Assembly (NCBI GenBank): GCA_030141605.1
Contig: JAQGDQ010000101.1
Location: 62,001 to 126,000, forward strand
Origin: Tubiluchus corallicola
Taxonomy: Eukaryota; Animalia; Priapulida
DNA: 64,000 nt
Direction of reading: 5' to 3'
This document shows, piece by piece, positions 39,101 to 53,211 of this stretch (positions are counted from its first letter, which is position 1; every line of letters begins with the position of its first letter). The notes below the pieces were generated by a model that was not told where the DNA came from, made no database searches, and saw only the letters and a list, made by a program, of their open reading frames with translations. The position numbers were made by a program, and so were the translations under genes.

Positions 39101-40031
39101 CAATGTAGTGTCAGATAATTTTAATGAAGGGCTTTCGCGGAACTATTTTGTGCAGGACAGCGGAGGCGATGTACCTGAATTAGTCCGCTGGGAGGAACAC
39201 GTCCATGCTTTGATTGACATGACCGCTTCCTCTGCTCGTGATTGGTGGGTCGAGAAATTGCTCAAGCTAAAAAGACGATATGGGTTCAAATGGTTTAGTT
39301 TGTATGGTGATGAGAAGTCTATACTACCATACGCATACCACTTTCAAAACACTTACATCTTACCGCAGAGATTTACTGAACTGTACTTGTCCACGTTAAT
39401 GCAATCTGACCTTATAGCCAACCATACAACTATGTTTGACGTAGGTTTAACCTCTGCCAGTCAGTCTTTACCCAATGTTGTTCTTAGGTTACCATCTATC
39501 AAATGCAGTTGGACAAGTTTAGCTGACGTCATTCCATGGTCATTGACAGCCGGTTTACTGGGCTATCCCAAGGTTTCTTCACCAATGTTAGATGGAGATA
39601 CAAAGAATATCAGTGAAGTGTTTTACCTACGCTATTTTCAGCTAGCGAGTCTGTTTCCTGTGGTAGAACTTTCCTTGCCTCCTTGGCAGTTTGGTACAAT
39701 GATGGTTACTATGTGTACTGAGGTGTTGCACTTCAGAAACGAAATCGTCTATCCAGCTTTGAAACTTGTAGCAAACCTAACGTTCTCGTGGCGCCCTCTC
39801 TGGCACGAGTTTCCCAAAGATAACGTAGCGCTGTCGCTTAGCTCAGAATTCATGATAGGGCAAGACCTTTTGTTTGCTCCCATCTTGAACGCGTCTGATT
39901 CTCGAGACATATATTTACCAGCAACCACTTGGAAAGACGAATTAACAGGGCATTCTTACAAGGGTCCAGTTTGGCTTTTTAACTACACAGCCCCTCGTGT
40001 TTCTATACCTTACTTCACTCGGTCAAAATGA
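36149..40031 (+). CDS. MYORG: MYORG-like glycoside hydrolase family 31 type II membrane protein (probable pseudo-enzyme), 3 coding exons, 716 aa
   Basis: Exons 36149-36331, 37119-37241 (TM KIFVFLTFLAMITEVSVVWYYY), 38187-40031; all phase 0 with GT/AG. Motifs CLEW, WYGG, HTWP, GVLEPYWLSSHG, FDPEKF, FVHPYV, ARDW, GLLGYP, RPLW, FMIGQDLLFAPIL, RDIYLP match the MYORG/NET37 subfamily. Confidence 0.9.
36788..36823. mobile_element. 36-bp minimal hAT-like element (two TIRs only)
   Basis: caaggactactataca-actg-tgtatagtagtccttg, perfect 16-bp TIRs, perfect 8-bp TSD acataagt (36780-36787, 36824-36831). Confidence 0.85.
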
Positions 40032-40479
40032 AATGTAATTAAAAGCGTCCATACTTATTTATTTATTTTACAAAAAGTAATAAATCGTGCCTTTTACAGC
40101 AATTCCGATAGGAGGGCATTTCTTCTATTTAATGATAACTATATAATGAAAGTATCTACTGACACCATGAAAAACCGGAAGTGGATACTACGCCTCGCCT
40201 TCTTGAAGGAATGTTTACTAGCCATTTGGCTCTTTCAAGTAGGGCCTATTTACAATTTTAATGATATTCAGTAATTTCCATATGAACTAGTTTTGTTTTA
40301 ATATTCCTACATAATCGAGCGTACCTGCCAATAAAGGTGTATATTCGTCATAATAATGACAGAGTAGGCCTAGTAAATTAATTGATAAATCTCAATTTTA
40401 CGATTGTCAATTGATAACAGAATAAATCCAGTGGATTTTTAAAACCAAACATGAGCAAAAGGAAAGAAGTTGGAAAAGG

Positions 40480-40545
40480 TCAGAGTTTGTACCAGTGGCC
40501 TTTTGGGTTACAAGTGAACGCTATGACAACTAGGCCACACAATCC
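40480..40545 (-). mobile_element. tRNA-derived SINE-like fragment
   Basis: Minus strand tgtggcctagttgtcatagcgttcacttgtaacccaaaaggccactggtacaaactct; similar cttgtaacccaaaa fragment on + at ~41545. No intact cloverleaf. Confidence 0.45.
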
Positions 40546-42134
40546 TTTGCGATTAAGGCAAGTTTTAGTTTAATTTAGTCTTAATGGTTCACCAACCAAT
40601 CGAGAGTATTTTTAAGTATTAGTTTTCTCACACGTGTGTAATTTAGAGCCAAATGTAATCCACGTGTGATTAAAAACTGTTAAACCTAAATTTTAGTATT
40701 ATAAGAAATCTTTTGATAATTTTAAATTAAGATTTAATAATTAATGAATCAATCATGCCCTTGTTATTTTTTGCTATGAATTAATTCCACAAAACTTTAA
40801 TTTAACTCAGTATTACAAAAACTAACAACTGAAGTGTGGATTAGTGGTGAGTTATTAAGACTGAAATCATCTCCGAACTAAGGCGAGTCTTAATCACAAA
40901 GGGGCTTTGTCTTATAGTGGACGTGGCATTGGACTCAGAGATGTAGCAAGATGGGGACGACAGAGACAATGAGAGGGCCCAAAATTCTTCTAGAGTTCGA
41001 TGACTGTTAATTGTTAATTCCTAATCCGACATTAACAAAACAATTAACAAAAGGCTTCAAACAGCAACAAAATCGCCTAGTCAGAGATCATTTTAGCTGA
41101 CTTAAATACTACATAAAGCCCAAAAATGGTAATGTTGTTGCTATTTGGCGTTTTGTACGTGTCGTGTGGCTTAGCGGATCGATAATTTTGGGAGAAACAG
41201 TGCCGTTTCTTTAAATGTCGATTATACTATTGTGAAAACCTGTAATGCTCTGTATCTTTAATAATCTTTTTTAATTCAGGACTGAATGTTTAAGGATTGT
41301 CGTATTACGTGCAGTTAATTCATAGAAAAGAGTTATTCTGGTGCAGTATTGCAAATCAAGCTCGGGATTATTATTAGAAAAAATCGTTTATCTTTATCCC
41401 ATCACGTCGAAAAAGGAAAGTCAAAAACGCGCACAATTTGTAGTTTGCCCGTGAATTATCAAATTATCAAAACATTAAAAGGATAGGGCGCCAGAAGCTT
41501 TTTGCCTCCTGGGGCCACAGACACTTGCTACGCTACTGGTTGGACTTGTAACCCAAAAGTCACTAGTTTAATTCGGCCAAATTAATTCACAAATCTAATA
41601 ACTGTAGATTTGTTCTTTCGTTAATATAGTTGTCACTTTACATACTTTACATGAGCTTTGAAAGTACAGCTCACCTATTTTTTTAAACATTTTCTACGTT
41701 ACTGGGTACTTTGTGTAGTGCCTAGACCTAAACGAAATTTGTATGCGTCACTAGAACTATAACTTTTGGCAAATTGTGCAAAAAGAAGTTTGCAAAAAAT
41801 CTGTTTTAGCTGTGGTAAAGAAATATATGGTGCTGAATCACTCCTAGTCCTCTTGTTGATAAAATTTGCAGTAGAATGATATCTGTACGTAGACGGTTCA
41901 AAATGTTATACATAAGGTGGTCCAGTCTCAACAGCAGGCTCAAACATTGTGCTTGGTTGTGGTGGGATTGAAATCCATTTGATTGTCAAGAGGAATCTTT
42001 TAAGATGAGATACTAGACCACAACGCTAGACGTGTCTCCGATGTATTCAAATTTATACGTCTTCCATCAGCGAGGTAAATACGCATAGACAATATGTTAT
42101 ATGAAACCGCCCAGAGAGTGTGAACCCAGCGATC

Positions 42135-42240
42135 ACGGATTCATTCACTGGCCGGCTCAGTGTTGCTTAACTTCGACGGGTGAGCACGCGCAGTAGCCAC
42201 GCTTGGCTATGCCACTCACCCCAGTCACTACTTGTATGGA
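42135..42240 (-). mobile_element. 5S rRNA-related repeat fragment
   Basis: ttgcttaacttcg with upstream actggccggctc resembles the reverse complement of the 5S internal region; related copies at ~46760-46835 and ~50790-50812. Confidence 0.4.
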
Positions 42241-43426
42241 ATACTCGTTTTTTTATGTTATCACTATTGCCTGATATTCTACTCTGTTCCGCTTTTTCAA
42301 CGCTTTATGACAAATTAATAGTGCGCTGTGAGAAATTAATTATGAGTAATAATTTTAAGAACTATAATTAGTATATGGCTAGAGTAAAGTAAACACCTGT
42401 ATGTATCATTATCTTATAGAAGGTCACGAATCCCAACCTAGTCGCCCACTTTATGATCGAGTAGATTGATTACACAATTTTATTAATCTGAAAATTATGT
42501 GAGCGCCTTACAATTAACCTTATAAATATTATAAAACGAATGTATTATCCAAATGTAGGTCCTTCATAAATTACCTGGTAAAATCTTAACGCATCGTATG
42601 ATAGAACAATGTATACGTTATGAAGAACACGAACATCGAAGTATTGCAAGTACATTGAACAACGTGCGACGCTGATGATATGAAATAGATTCATTAATGA
42701 AGATTCCAAAGATTTCAGTTGATGCTTTTCTGGTGAATATCATTTTTGTGATAACGATCAATTAGAAAATTACAATTATTCTTAACCTTATGAATGACTG
42801 CAAGATGTTGTATGTAGAGGGGTCATTCCTAAGTACAAAGATCATTCCTTTCATCGATAGCACGTAGCCGTTTAAAAAGTGACGCGATATAAAACAAAAA
42901 TATTTTGTCAGCACGTTTGAAAATATAAGAGGTAGCTGTGCAAAGATGTGATAGATTTAGAGCTATGATTATTATAGTCGAGAATAGCTGGTTTAATCGA
43001 AATAAAAAAACGTTTAGACAGCTGTGAATAATTGAGTGAGTCTTTAGAGCCTTATCAACGTGTACTTGGCTGCGTTTTACATCAATGGAGCACTATTTTC
43101 TCAGTTCTGTATTTTGCTGTATTGTACATTTTCTATTCGCCAACTGGCGATGGTAAACTTGTGTTTCATGCATTAAAATTAAATATTAAAAATTGCCGTT
43201 CTTATTTAAATTTTTATCAAGTCATGCATTACAGGACTCTACCTAGCATCCACTGTGCAAGAGAAGCAACTGATGATAACGACTTATTTTCTTTTTAACT
43301 AAAAAAGCAACTTAAGCTAATGAATAAGCTGGTGAAACACATTGCTGGCCGGCAGTTTCGCGCAGAAGCAATTCTTGGTAAAGACTAGGATACTTGCTTC
43401 TTTGCATATTTTAATAATAGCGGCGA

Positions 43427-43808
43427 TGATGATGATGACGACAAGCGCCACCGCACCGTAAGTGCTGTTAGCATCACCACCACCATCAACACCACTACTC
43501 CACTGTTACTGCCGGTGCAGCCGCTGATGCCACTGGCACACCACCACTATAGCTACCTCAACAGCAACAACAAAAACAACAACAGCAGCAACTGTAACAG
43601 CAACAGCAATAACACAAGCAACAACAACACCAACAACAGTAGCAACAAGAACAGCAGTACCAGCAGCAGCAGCAGCAGCAGCAACAACAACAACAACAAC
43701 AGCGGCACCAGCAGCACAACAGCAACAAAAAGAACAACAACAAAACAACAACAACAACACAAGCAAAACAACAACAACACAAAGCACAGCAACAATGACG
43801 ACAAAAAA
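43427..43808. repeat. Low-complexity (CAA/CAG/CAC)n trinucleotide region
   Basis: Directly visible mixed trinucleotide runs. Confidence 0.9.
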
Positions 43809-46800
43809 TAGCAGGAAAACCAACCGGAAATTACGTTTAGGCAAACAACCGCAGCTCTTTTGCGATAACAGAATTGTTACCATAACGATCAATTAAGTCA
43901 ATCGTGATAAGATTGCAACTCATGATCTTTTCGTAATTGCTACAATTACTACATTACAACACAAAGAAAAATTACTTGATAACCAGTTCAATGTCAGGCG
44001 GATAATTTCTATTTTAATGTTGCATTGTAAAAATCTCAAGCAAAGAACAGGAGATGATAATTAAGCTGACATTAATTCAGAATCATTCAGCATGTCAGCA
44101 ACTCTCATAATTTCTTATCTATATACAGGGTATACAGGCTGTTCCAAAAGAAAGAGTGCAATTGAAATACCAAAAATGCTGAACTATACTTATCAAGTCG
44201 CAAAGAAATGTATGTGAGTGTTAAATCATTTAGCAAGAGATTATACTGTAATAATATGAGCCTTTTGTTAAATTTTGTGCGGTGCAATGTTGGTATGTTT
44301 ATGGCATTTGTTAGTGCAATATTTCTTTTGAAGCGCCCTGTATTACCGGACTAAAAACAAAAGTTCCGTTCCGTGAATGTATAGAAATTCAGATGTTGCT
44401 TTCTACCATCTGCAACTTAAAAAATTGTAGCAATGTAAGTTTTGAGACCTTGTGTTTTTTAGTTTGGGCACACATGAAGCTGGAATCCAGCACTCGACCA
44501 CAGGACCTGCTACTAATGATGAATGATTGTGGCGGTACCGAAATCTTTCTATTTGTCAATTATGTGATATCTTATGATAAGACGGAGCCAGCTAAGATCT
44601 CATGTTATATACACAAGCACTAGATATACTGTCACTACCTAAAACAATACTTATAATCTATCATAGGCTCTATTTAAATAATAGTATATGTTTTGTATAT
44701 TATAGAAATCAAAGTGCTCCCTGTATGTTGCAGGTGTACTTACATATTGTTAAGCGTACATTCACTGCAGTGTGAACAAAAGAATCTGCTTTTTGGCAAA
44801 TGTCGATTTACAAAGATACCGTTTATAGAAAAAACGTGCTTCATACCACAAATGTGAACGCACCATTAGAAAGTAAAGCATTGCAATTACCATGATTACC
44901 GTAATTACTTGAAATTTTTTGGCGTTCCTACGATCCAACAAAACGTGGTGAACACGATAAAAATGTAATAAGCCCAATGGTGCTTTAATACATTAAAAAA
45001 CAAAAATAACACATAGAAAAGAAACTAGTTTTATTGTTTCCATTGTATCAATAAGAAGATATTCACCATTGTTAAAACACCTGTGACTGTCCGTGTTTGC
45101 ATTCTTTTATGAGGATATTTTGCTGGGTTTGCCCCTAACAAGATCCTCTATTCGAGTCATCATCCTCACCAGACGTCACTTTCACTCTCTGAGTAACACA
45201 GCCGGGGGCATGCATATAATCTGCACCCATGCACCTTCCGAATGTATAAAATATAGGTTAGCAGTTGTAGCCAGTCGAATAGCGTTTACCCAAGGACAGA
45301 GAGACGGGGAGGCAGATTTGATATTGTACTGGTATCGTGGCGGTAACAATCAGTGTGTTTCATCATGGGTACAAAGCAAGTGCTGGTTGTGCTACTGGTG
45401 GCTTGTAGCTCAGGTAATAACAATAATCAGATGTTTTCTTATCGGAGTTTTAATTAACATACATGGTAATTAGAAGGATGCTGACAGCTTCAACGAACGA
45501 GGCCGTACTGGTGAAGTAATTAGGATGAAGATGAGGATGCTATGCGCAGCTTCCGGAGATAATTCAGTGATGATTGGGATAAGTAGAACAGTTTTCTGCA
45601 TTGCATCTTTAACTTGAGTCCTGATTATCTTGAACTTTGGTAGCTTGAGTATCTGTTTTAACTAGGTCTCTGCATATTTTAGCTTATGTGAGTACAGGGG
45701 CAACTTGTTTTTAGGCACCAAAAATATTTAACAGTAATATAATATAATGTAACGTGACGTAATTTTTTATAATTTATAATTATCATACCTGTTTAATTAA
45801 AAAAAATATTCACCAAATCTCATGCATATTTAGCATCGTAACCCTTTACAGAACTCTACTGTTTTATTTGGTCTGAATACAAGAAATGTATTTACAACGG
45901 TGGGGACTGGGAGACTAGTATGGGGGCATATGACATTCAATGTAAGTGTATTTCGATGTGAATTTCGTTTAATGCTAATTGAAGATTTATTAAAAAGCGC
46001 AGGTAACGAAAAGGTGCTAAAATGCACTTTCTATAATTTCTATAATTGCAATTTTTATTTCGCTTTGTTTGAATGCTATTTAAAAAATGGCTTTCTTAAG
46101 TACGACTATAGATCCTTTTGCGTTAGTCTAGTAAATTATGTTACGAATGTTGCTAATAATGGTGCCCCACTAATTATGGGCAGTGTCTTGCTACATTAAA
46201 GATGCCGTACGACTTCTTCGGTGTGAATAACTTTGTTGAGCGCTGACTATGAATGTCTACGTCCTGCTGTAAAGACCATTATTTCACTTCAAAAGCTTTG
46301 TGATAATGTACCAGAAAGAAAACACATTTGGCATTACTGCAAAACAGCCATACAAACAGTTAATTTGACATCTGCAACCAATGCACGTTGTGTACAAGCT
46401 TTGTCAGTGGCATGTTGATATGTTCAATGTCCCTGAAAAAACTAGACTAATGTCTTTTCACAAAGAAATACAGAAAGCCAAGAAAAACACCAGTAATGTG
46501 TCAGCAGACCGTCCAACGCTGTTTTGTGTGCAGACACTGCAAGTCGGACCCAGCACTCAACGGCAGGGCCAACTTGTTATGTTGGCGGTTGTGGCAGAAC
46601 CCGGCCATAATCCTCTAAGATGAAACACTCAACCAGCCCATGTGTTTCTGTTCACGTTCCGGTATGTATCGCTCCTCCTTGGATGTGTAAAAATACCAAG
46701 TCGAGGCATTCTGATAAATAAAACTGATAAAAAGCAATATTCATGGCGGCTCAATACGCATCCATTTACTAACCAAGCATTGCTTAACTTCGATCGGTAA

Positions 46801-48864
46801 GCACACCCCGCGATCACTCAGCTATTCCCCTCACCGTGAGAATGGCTAGCTATGTAGGCTAACTATTATTCTTGCTAGCAATTATTCTTACTGTGCATTA
46901 AAAGAATACCAAGGGATATGAGATGCAATTTTGATGTATCGCACGATAACTACCTAATAGTTTTGCTCAGCGAGTTTTCTTGTTATTTATAATTGTTGTT
47001 GTTGTAACCTGTATTTTATTTTTGTTTGGGAACAGATGTTACTTGGAATAAGTTGTTTTTATGGAGCATTTGTTTAGCCCAGACACTCGTTGTAACTTTT
47101 ATGTAATGTATTTGCAGTTGACAAATATCAATAAATATCTAATGTAATGTAATCTGGGCCTGAAACCTCTGTGAGAGGAGTTTGCCACCACATAGGACTG
47201 ATACCTGTTAAGCGTTAGTTTTACTTAATTAATTAACTAATTGCAGTTCATTACAAATAGTTTTAAGAAACTACTTGTATTTCAAAAGCTTTCACTTCAA
47301 TGAGCTTAAATAAGTGTAACTCGCTACTTATCCTGAGGACACTTTACTGTTACGTTTTCTTGCTAATCGCTCTATTGTTGCTGGTTATTTTACCTGAGTG
47401 TAGAATTACACGCATAACTTTCATTGTAATAAGGCGGCTTGAGAGCGAAAGTCGTTATGAAGTAACGTTTGACTCGCAGCGCAAGTGACATAATTCTTAG
47501 CTTTTGTTACTAATACTGTACTTGTATGCCTTTGATTTTTTTGTGGTTGAGGACTTCATGAAATGTGGTGGAACATTCAGCAATCAAGAGCATGATTTCT
47601 AGTATATTTCTGGATAAGGCAAGTCCTTTAATGCTGGTGCAAAAAAAGCATAAAATTGGGGTACGAACAGTTGTTATCGTTTCGTAAACGGAAACAGAAA
47701 TATCTCAAAATTCATCATATCTCTATTCGATCACGCTTCATATTAGGCTGCATGTAACCGTTCATAACGTTATTATTTCTAAAATAAACTTAATTTCATG
47801 GAACATTTAACTTTTGCTTTTTCTGCCTAATTGACTTTTAGTGTGGTGTTATTTAGGCCGCCAACTTTCACCCACAAAACCGCTGCCTAATTGCACGTTT
47901 TCATTATAGCAAATTAGTCCACAGGAACTGATAGATAGGTCACATCACTGCAATTATTACTGCTACGCGAAAAGTTAAAAAAGATAGTAAACGAATTTTC
48001 TGTTAATATAGATAAATTATACAGTAATAAATATAGAGTGAACTGGTAACATTGTTAATGTTACAGGCACGAATTTGAAGCTGTCTTATAGTTAATGAGG
48101 TCAACACTCTGGACAACACCTATCCCAAGAATTTTGGACCTTGGCTCAAAAAACATACCCGAAGCTTTTGGGCAATTCTTCTAAATCATAAATACCTTGG
48201 AATTTATAAGTGGGAATATTTTTAAGTCAGTATCTTTGGTTACACTGGAGAGACTGCTATTACGGTTTAATAAACAGGTTTTAGATACATGTTGTCCTTC
48301 GCTTGTTGCCCTGACTCCCGCTAAGTTAAGACGTTATCTTTATTAAATCACGCGTAAAATTAATAGTTAGACTTAACCGCTAGCTCAAAAGATGCGTGAG
48401 CCACATATACATAAGGCTGCGGCACATATGTATGGCGACCAGAAAGAACAAAGTTAAAATAAGAGCACCGTCCCCCTTTTGAAGCCCTTAGTCACAAAAG
48501 GATGACTTCGTTTCATTATTGCTTGTATCACCAATAACAAAAATCTAGTCTCGTCCAGAAACTTACAAGAAATCATGCATCATTGCTTGTTCCACCACAC
48601 TTCCATCTTTGTAGAGCGACATTTTTTTGAAAATAGCCAAATTTTAGATTTGTTGTAATTTCAGATCTGAGGACTGAAACAAAAACGTGTCTTTAAATTT
48701 GAATTAAAAGTTTCGACTTTCGTTTGAAAATATTAGTCTTCTAAATATAGCTTTTGAAACCTGTTTTTTGTGTGGAAAGCCGTTTATTTTATAAATGTAA
48801 TAATTATTATAGCCGTAAATTCGAATTTGGATCCGAAGGAAGTGCGATTCCTACAGCATAGTCC

Positions 48865-48945
48865 GTTGTTGTTGTTGTTGTTGTTGTTGTTGTTGCTGTT
48901 GTTGTTGTTGCAGCTGCTCTTGTTGTTAGCATTGTTGGTGTGTTG
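48865..48945. repeat. (GTT)n microsatellite
   Basis: Directly visible. Confidence 0.9.
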
Positions 48946-51499
48946 TTTAATTTATTTTTCAAGGTTATCATACGCCAGATTTTTCGTCGTAGGAGGATCA
49001 AATTTTGCATGAAAATACTATATAAGGACTATTAGGCAAAAAGTAACAGAACCCGATTCTGCACTTTCCCAATACAGCCCTCAAATATGCCCATTAAATG
49101 GGTCACGCTCGTTAAATGGTTCTGATCAATGTTACGTTGTTGTAATTGCTCTCACTCCAATGTAAAAATTGATCTGCTGAAACAATGCGTATTACGAAAA
49201 ACGGATTCTGTGGCAATAGTAAACACTTTCTATAATTTTTTATAGAAACCATTAACTTTACATGAGATGAGCAAGTAGGTCTTGCCGAATCCTCGTGCAT
49301 TAGTGCTTCCATTCTAGTTAAGTTTGTCCGAGTTTGGTGTTTAAGTCAGATGTAGTTACCATAGCAACAACATGCATCGTATTGTCCAGCTGCCCAGAAT
49401 AAAACTCGAAGCATTACTTATGTTTGGTTTTTGATCACCTTTCCTTCCAAAACAAAAAACATGACATACACAAAAATAAAATAAAAATACCTCTTCGGAA
49501 GGTTGGTGCGGCCCTGACCTGGGAATCCATGGTGGCTTGACTATGATCGTAACAAAGCAGTGTTCCTTCAGCAGCCCGCCACTGCAAGCGCACGTGACCT
49601 CCGACCTCATTAGAAGATCCGCCACATAGCGACTAGAATTGTCTCATTCAAGACACCTGGGGGATCTTAATTTTAATGCCGCAAATTAGAGCTAAACCAG
49701 ACAACACTGTCCGGCCCAAGCAGGTATCCGAATGGGTCTCTATAGGAACCGAATTGACTCATTGACTACAAAAGCAAATTACTTTTGATTAACTTTGTGT
49801 CAGAAAGTGATATTTTAAGCACTTCAAATGCAATCCTGATTTTGCTGTTCAAATTCTTCGTCCATTTGCTAAATAATGTTTCAAACCAGAGTTACTATAG
49901 TTTTGTGTTCCAATATTTTTTTTTACTTTTTAAATTTATGGTAAGAACGCTTTTCCAAAATTTCTTTCTAAAGTATATTTACGTAGTCACTGTTTTACCG
50001 GCATCCAAAAACTGAAAACACCAAAAAGTTGACATTTTTAAAATCTTACACATACAGTAACTGCACACCAACTTTACTTAAAAAATGTTCAGATATTTTT
50101 TCAAGTTGCAAAATGGATAAGTGCCTACAAAGATAGAAGTTAAGCGCTCTTAAAATACGAGCATCCTATAACTAAAAGAAAAGAACGGTATTGACACAAA
50201 ATGCTAATATAAAATCCACGCAGGCAGCTGTACCATAAAAGGCGACATAAAAATGGCACCTTTGTCGGGTTTAATGCACAAGACAATTGCACATATCAGC
50301 CTCAAACGTTTCAAAACCGCATACCTTCGCGCACTTTTATTTCACTTGCTTCGTAGAAAGCACATTCGAATAACAATTCCCTCAAACTTAGTGAAAGTAA
50401 ACTGCACACGCGTCTTCGTGGAAAGTGTAATATTTCTGATTTATAGTCACACAAAACGCAGTTTATAACATTTAGTTGCATTTCATCAGTCGATCGCTAT
50501 GTTACCTATTTACCATTTTTGTCTTTTCGGTTCATGTAGCTGACAGACCCAAGACAGAGTGAAATAGTTAGAAAAATCTTACATTTGTACTCCAAAACAC
50601 AACAAATCAGGATGTCTTATCATTTTTTATTCAGTTGGATAAAATGATTTTTTTCTGGTGTGTGTACACATCCGCCTACCAAACACTCTTGTACATTCTC
50701 CTTAAAAAACCAAAAGGCCAGAGGCAGCTTAGCAGTAGAAACTGCCCAGAAACGATTTTCCTGGAAGATACTTATTCATTTGGCGACCAGACTCATCATT
50801 GCTTAACTTCAGCTTTTAAACAAATTTCGGCTGTCGAGTTATTGTCAGCTTGTCGGAATTACGCAAACATCCTCAGATTTTTCATATTTCTCTTTTGTGA
50901 TACTACGATATTGTCGTAGGTCAAATATACTTAGTAAAAGCATACAACATAAACCATATGTGGTGCGTTTTACAAGCAGTTGGATGGCGTATAACCTTGG
51001 ATGCAACAGCCCTTAACAGATACGTTTTTAATGATGCAAGTGGTACGTACTGCCAAGTACCGCCCGCTAGTTACAAATTCTGCAAGAATACCAACCAGCT
51101 ATTACAATACTGGCGAAACTACAGCGTATATTGAACAGAATGTTGATGAAACGAAACTTGTCTGAGTAAATAGAGCTTCATAGCTAAAATTGATATGCAA
51201 GTTGAAACAGTGGCATTAGATGAATTTCTGTATACGTTATTTAAGGTATAATTGTACTTAAAGTAATGTAAGATATTTATGTATGATGGTAGACACTCGC
51301 AACTAATTAAATATTGATACCGAACTTGACTTTAAATTTACAATAATTAGCTAATTACCCACGGAAATTTCATGCTCAAAATTAATCGAAATTATAAAAA
51401 CTAATCTAATTCATTAGAATCACTCTAGTGTGATCAGTCTAAAGTTCGAAATAAAAAATATGGTTCCTATAAGTCAACTATATATATATATATATAAGA

Positions 51500-51675
51500 G
51501 ATGAACTTTGCACTGCTTTGGTTAATGGTGAATACGGCGGTCTATAGTAAGAAAAACGTCCTTGGTTCAAATTCGGCTATCTTCCAACTTTTCACATTTC
51601 CTGCCTTTCAAGCCTGATATCTAAATTTACTTAAGTTGGGGTTTCTGCGATCATTAATAATAATCTTGGCAATAA
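51500..51675 (+). mobile_element. tRNA-headed repeat, same family as 16413-16721
   Basis: A-box-like tggttaatggt, B-box ggttcaaattc, then ttttcacatttcctgcctttcaag...gggtttct...aataatcttg matching the reverse complement of 16470-16555; short inverted arm at ~51301-51330. Confidence 0.55.
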
Positions 51676-53047
51676 GATTATAATATTTAATTATACTTTA
51701 CAGTTTTGTATTAGGCGGTTATGTGCAAAGCCGCATAGTAGTTGACAATTTACTGGCACGTATGCTAATGCTGTCATTCTGATTTAAGCATATTTAATTA
51801 ATTTTGAATGACCCAAAATGATGCTCGCGTTGAAAAGAAACCTGTTGTTGACATATATAGTGAGAAATTGTAGTTTATAGATCTAGCAAATGCAAGTCAG
51901 CAAAGACGCACATTTTCTGCATTAACTTCAAAGAAGGAAAGCCTATAAATTTCCATCGCTGCTCCTGCTCCACTTTGCCACGCCCAATTAGACAGGTATT
52001 TTACCTGCACACAACGATCTCCATTATCTGCGCTGCTCTGGTGGCAAAAGTAATAGAGAGTTTACAAGACGGTTAAAAATGAAAGTTAATTTGAGAAAGT
52101 GTGCAATTTTATTAATGACATGATACATTGGTGCATCACATGAGCGCAACTTATAGCGGCTAACCCATTTTTCTACCGTGTGACGAAAGACCTCGCCCCG
52201 TGTGAAGAAATTTACAACATGACACTTATGGCTCCAATTTTTTTCAACGTTTAACTGCAAATGATGCAGAATCGTGTACCACCCGAGGGAGTGGACGACC
52301 CTGTCAAGATGCAGACCAGTCACAAGCTTTATCTGACTCTGACCATGACACCATAAAATACCTGCTTCCTAAAACTGCAATTTAACAAGCGCATATTTTG
52401 ACTAAAAGGCATTTAACGAGATTACCAGCTTTTATCACGAAAATAGTGTAATTCACTAAATTGGACAGGCATACGCGCCAATCTGCATTACCATCTCTAT
52501 TATTAGCGAGCGGAGAGGCCTCACTATAATAAAATTGTTCCTCTTCCAAAGCAAACGTTTAAATCTGCTTGTATTGTGTCATCTAATTCTATGTAGAATA
52601 CAAACAAGGTCTTGTCGCTCTTAAACTACACAAGTTTTGTTATTGCGTGGTTTTATAAACAGGCCTATATTGCACCAATTTTTACATTATTGATACGCGA
52701 AATTACAAGTTTTCATTTTAACTATTGGAAACTTGAATGTTTTGTCATTCTTGATGTCATATGTACGATGTTACTTAAATTTACCTAAAAATAATAATTC
52801 TTAATCCCTTATCAAATGAACAGCAAAAATAGTATATAGACAACTATTTCATTTTGCAATGCAGCAAAACACTTTTTGTACAAAAAAGTCGCAACAGTGC
52901 ACAGTTCATGCATTTTATTTGCAAAATTAATGAATATGCTGTGAGGAATAACTTATCACTATGACTTTGACACAAGTAAGGTCATCTTAGACCACAGACC
53001 TACTCGTTATTAATTAAAGGTTTAGATGGTATATTAGGTTTTAACAG

Positions 53048-53211
<164 letters not shown>

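Noticed and set aside
43506-43892. Poly-N/S, poly-L, poly-C and poly-V ORFs
   Set aside because: Trinucleotide repeat open in several frames; no splice or domain support.
45093-46820. Short ORFs in GC-balanced patches
   Set aside because: Frequent stops and no recognisable domain; possibly decayed TE sequence.
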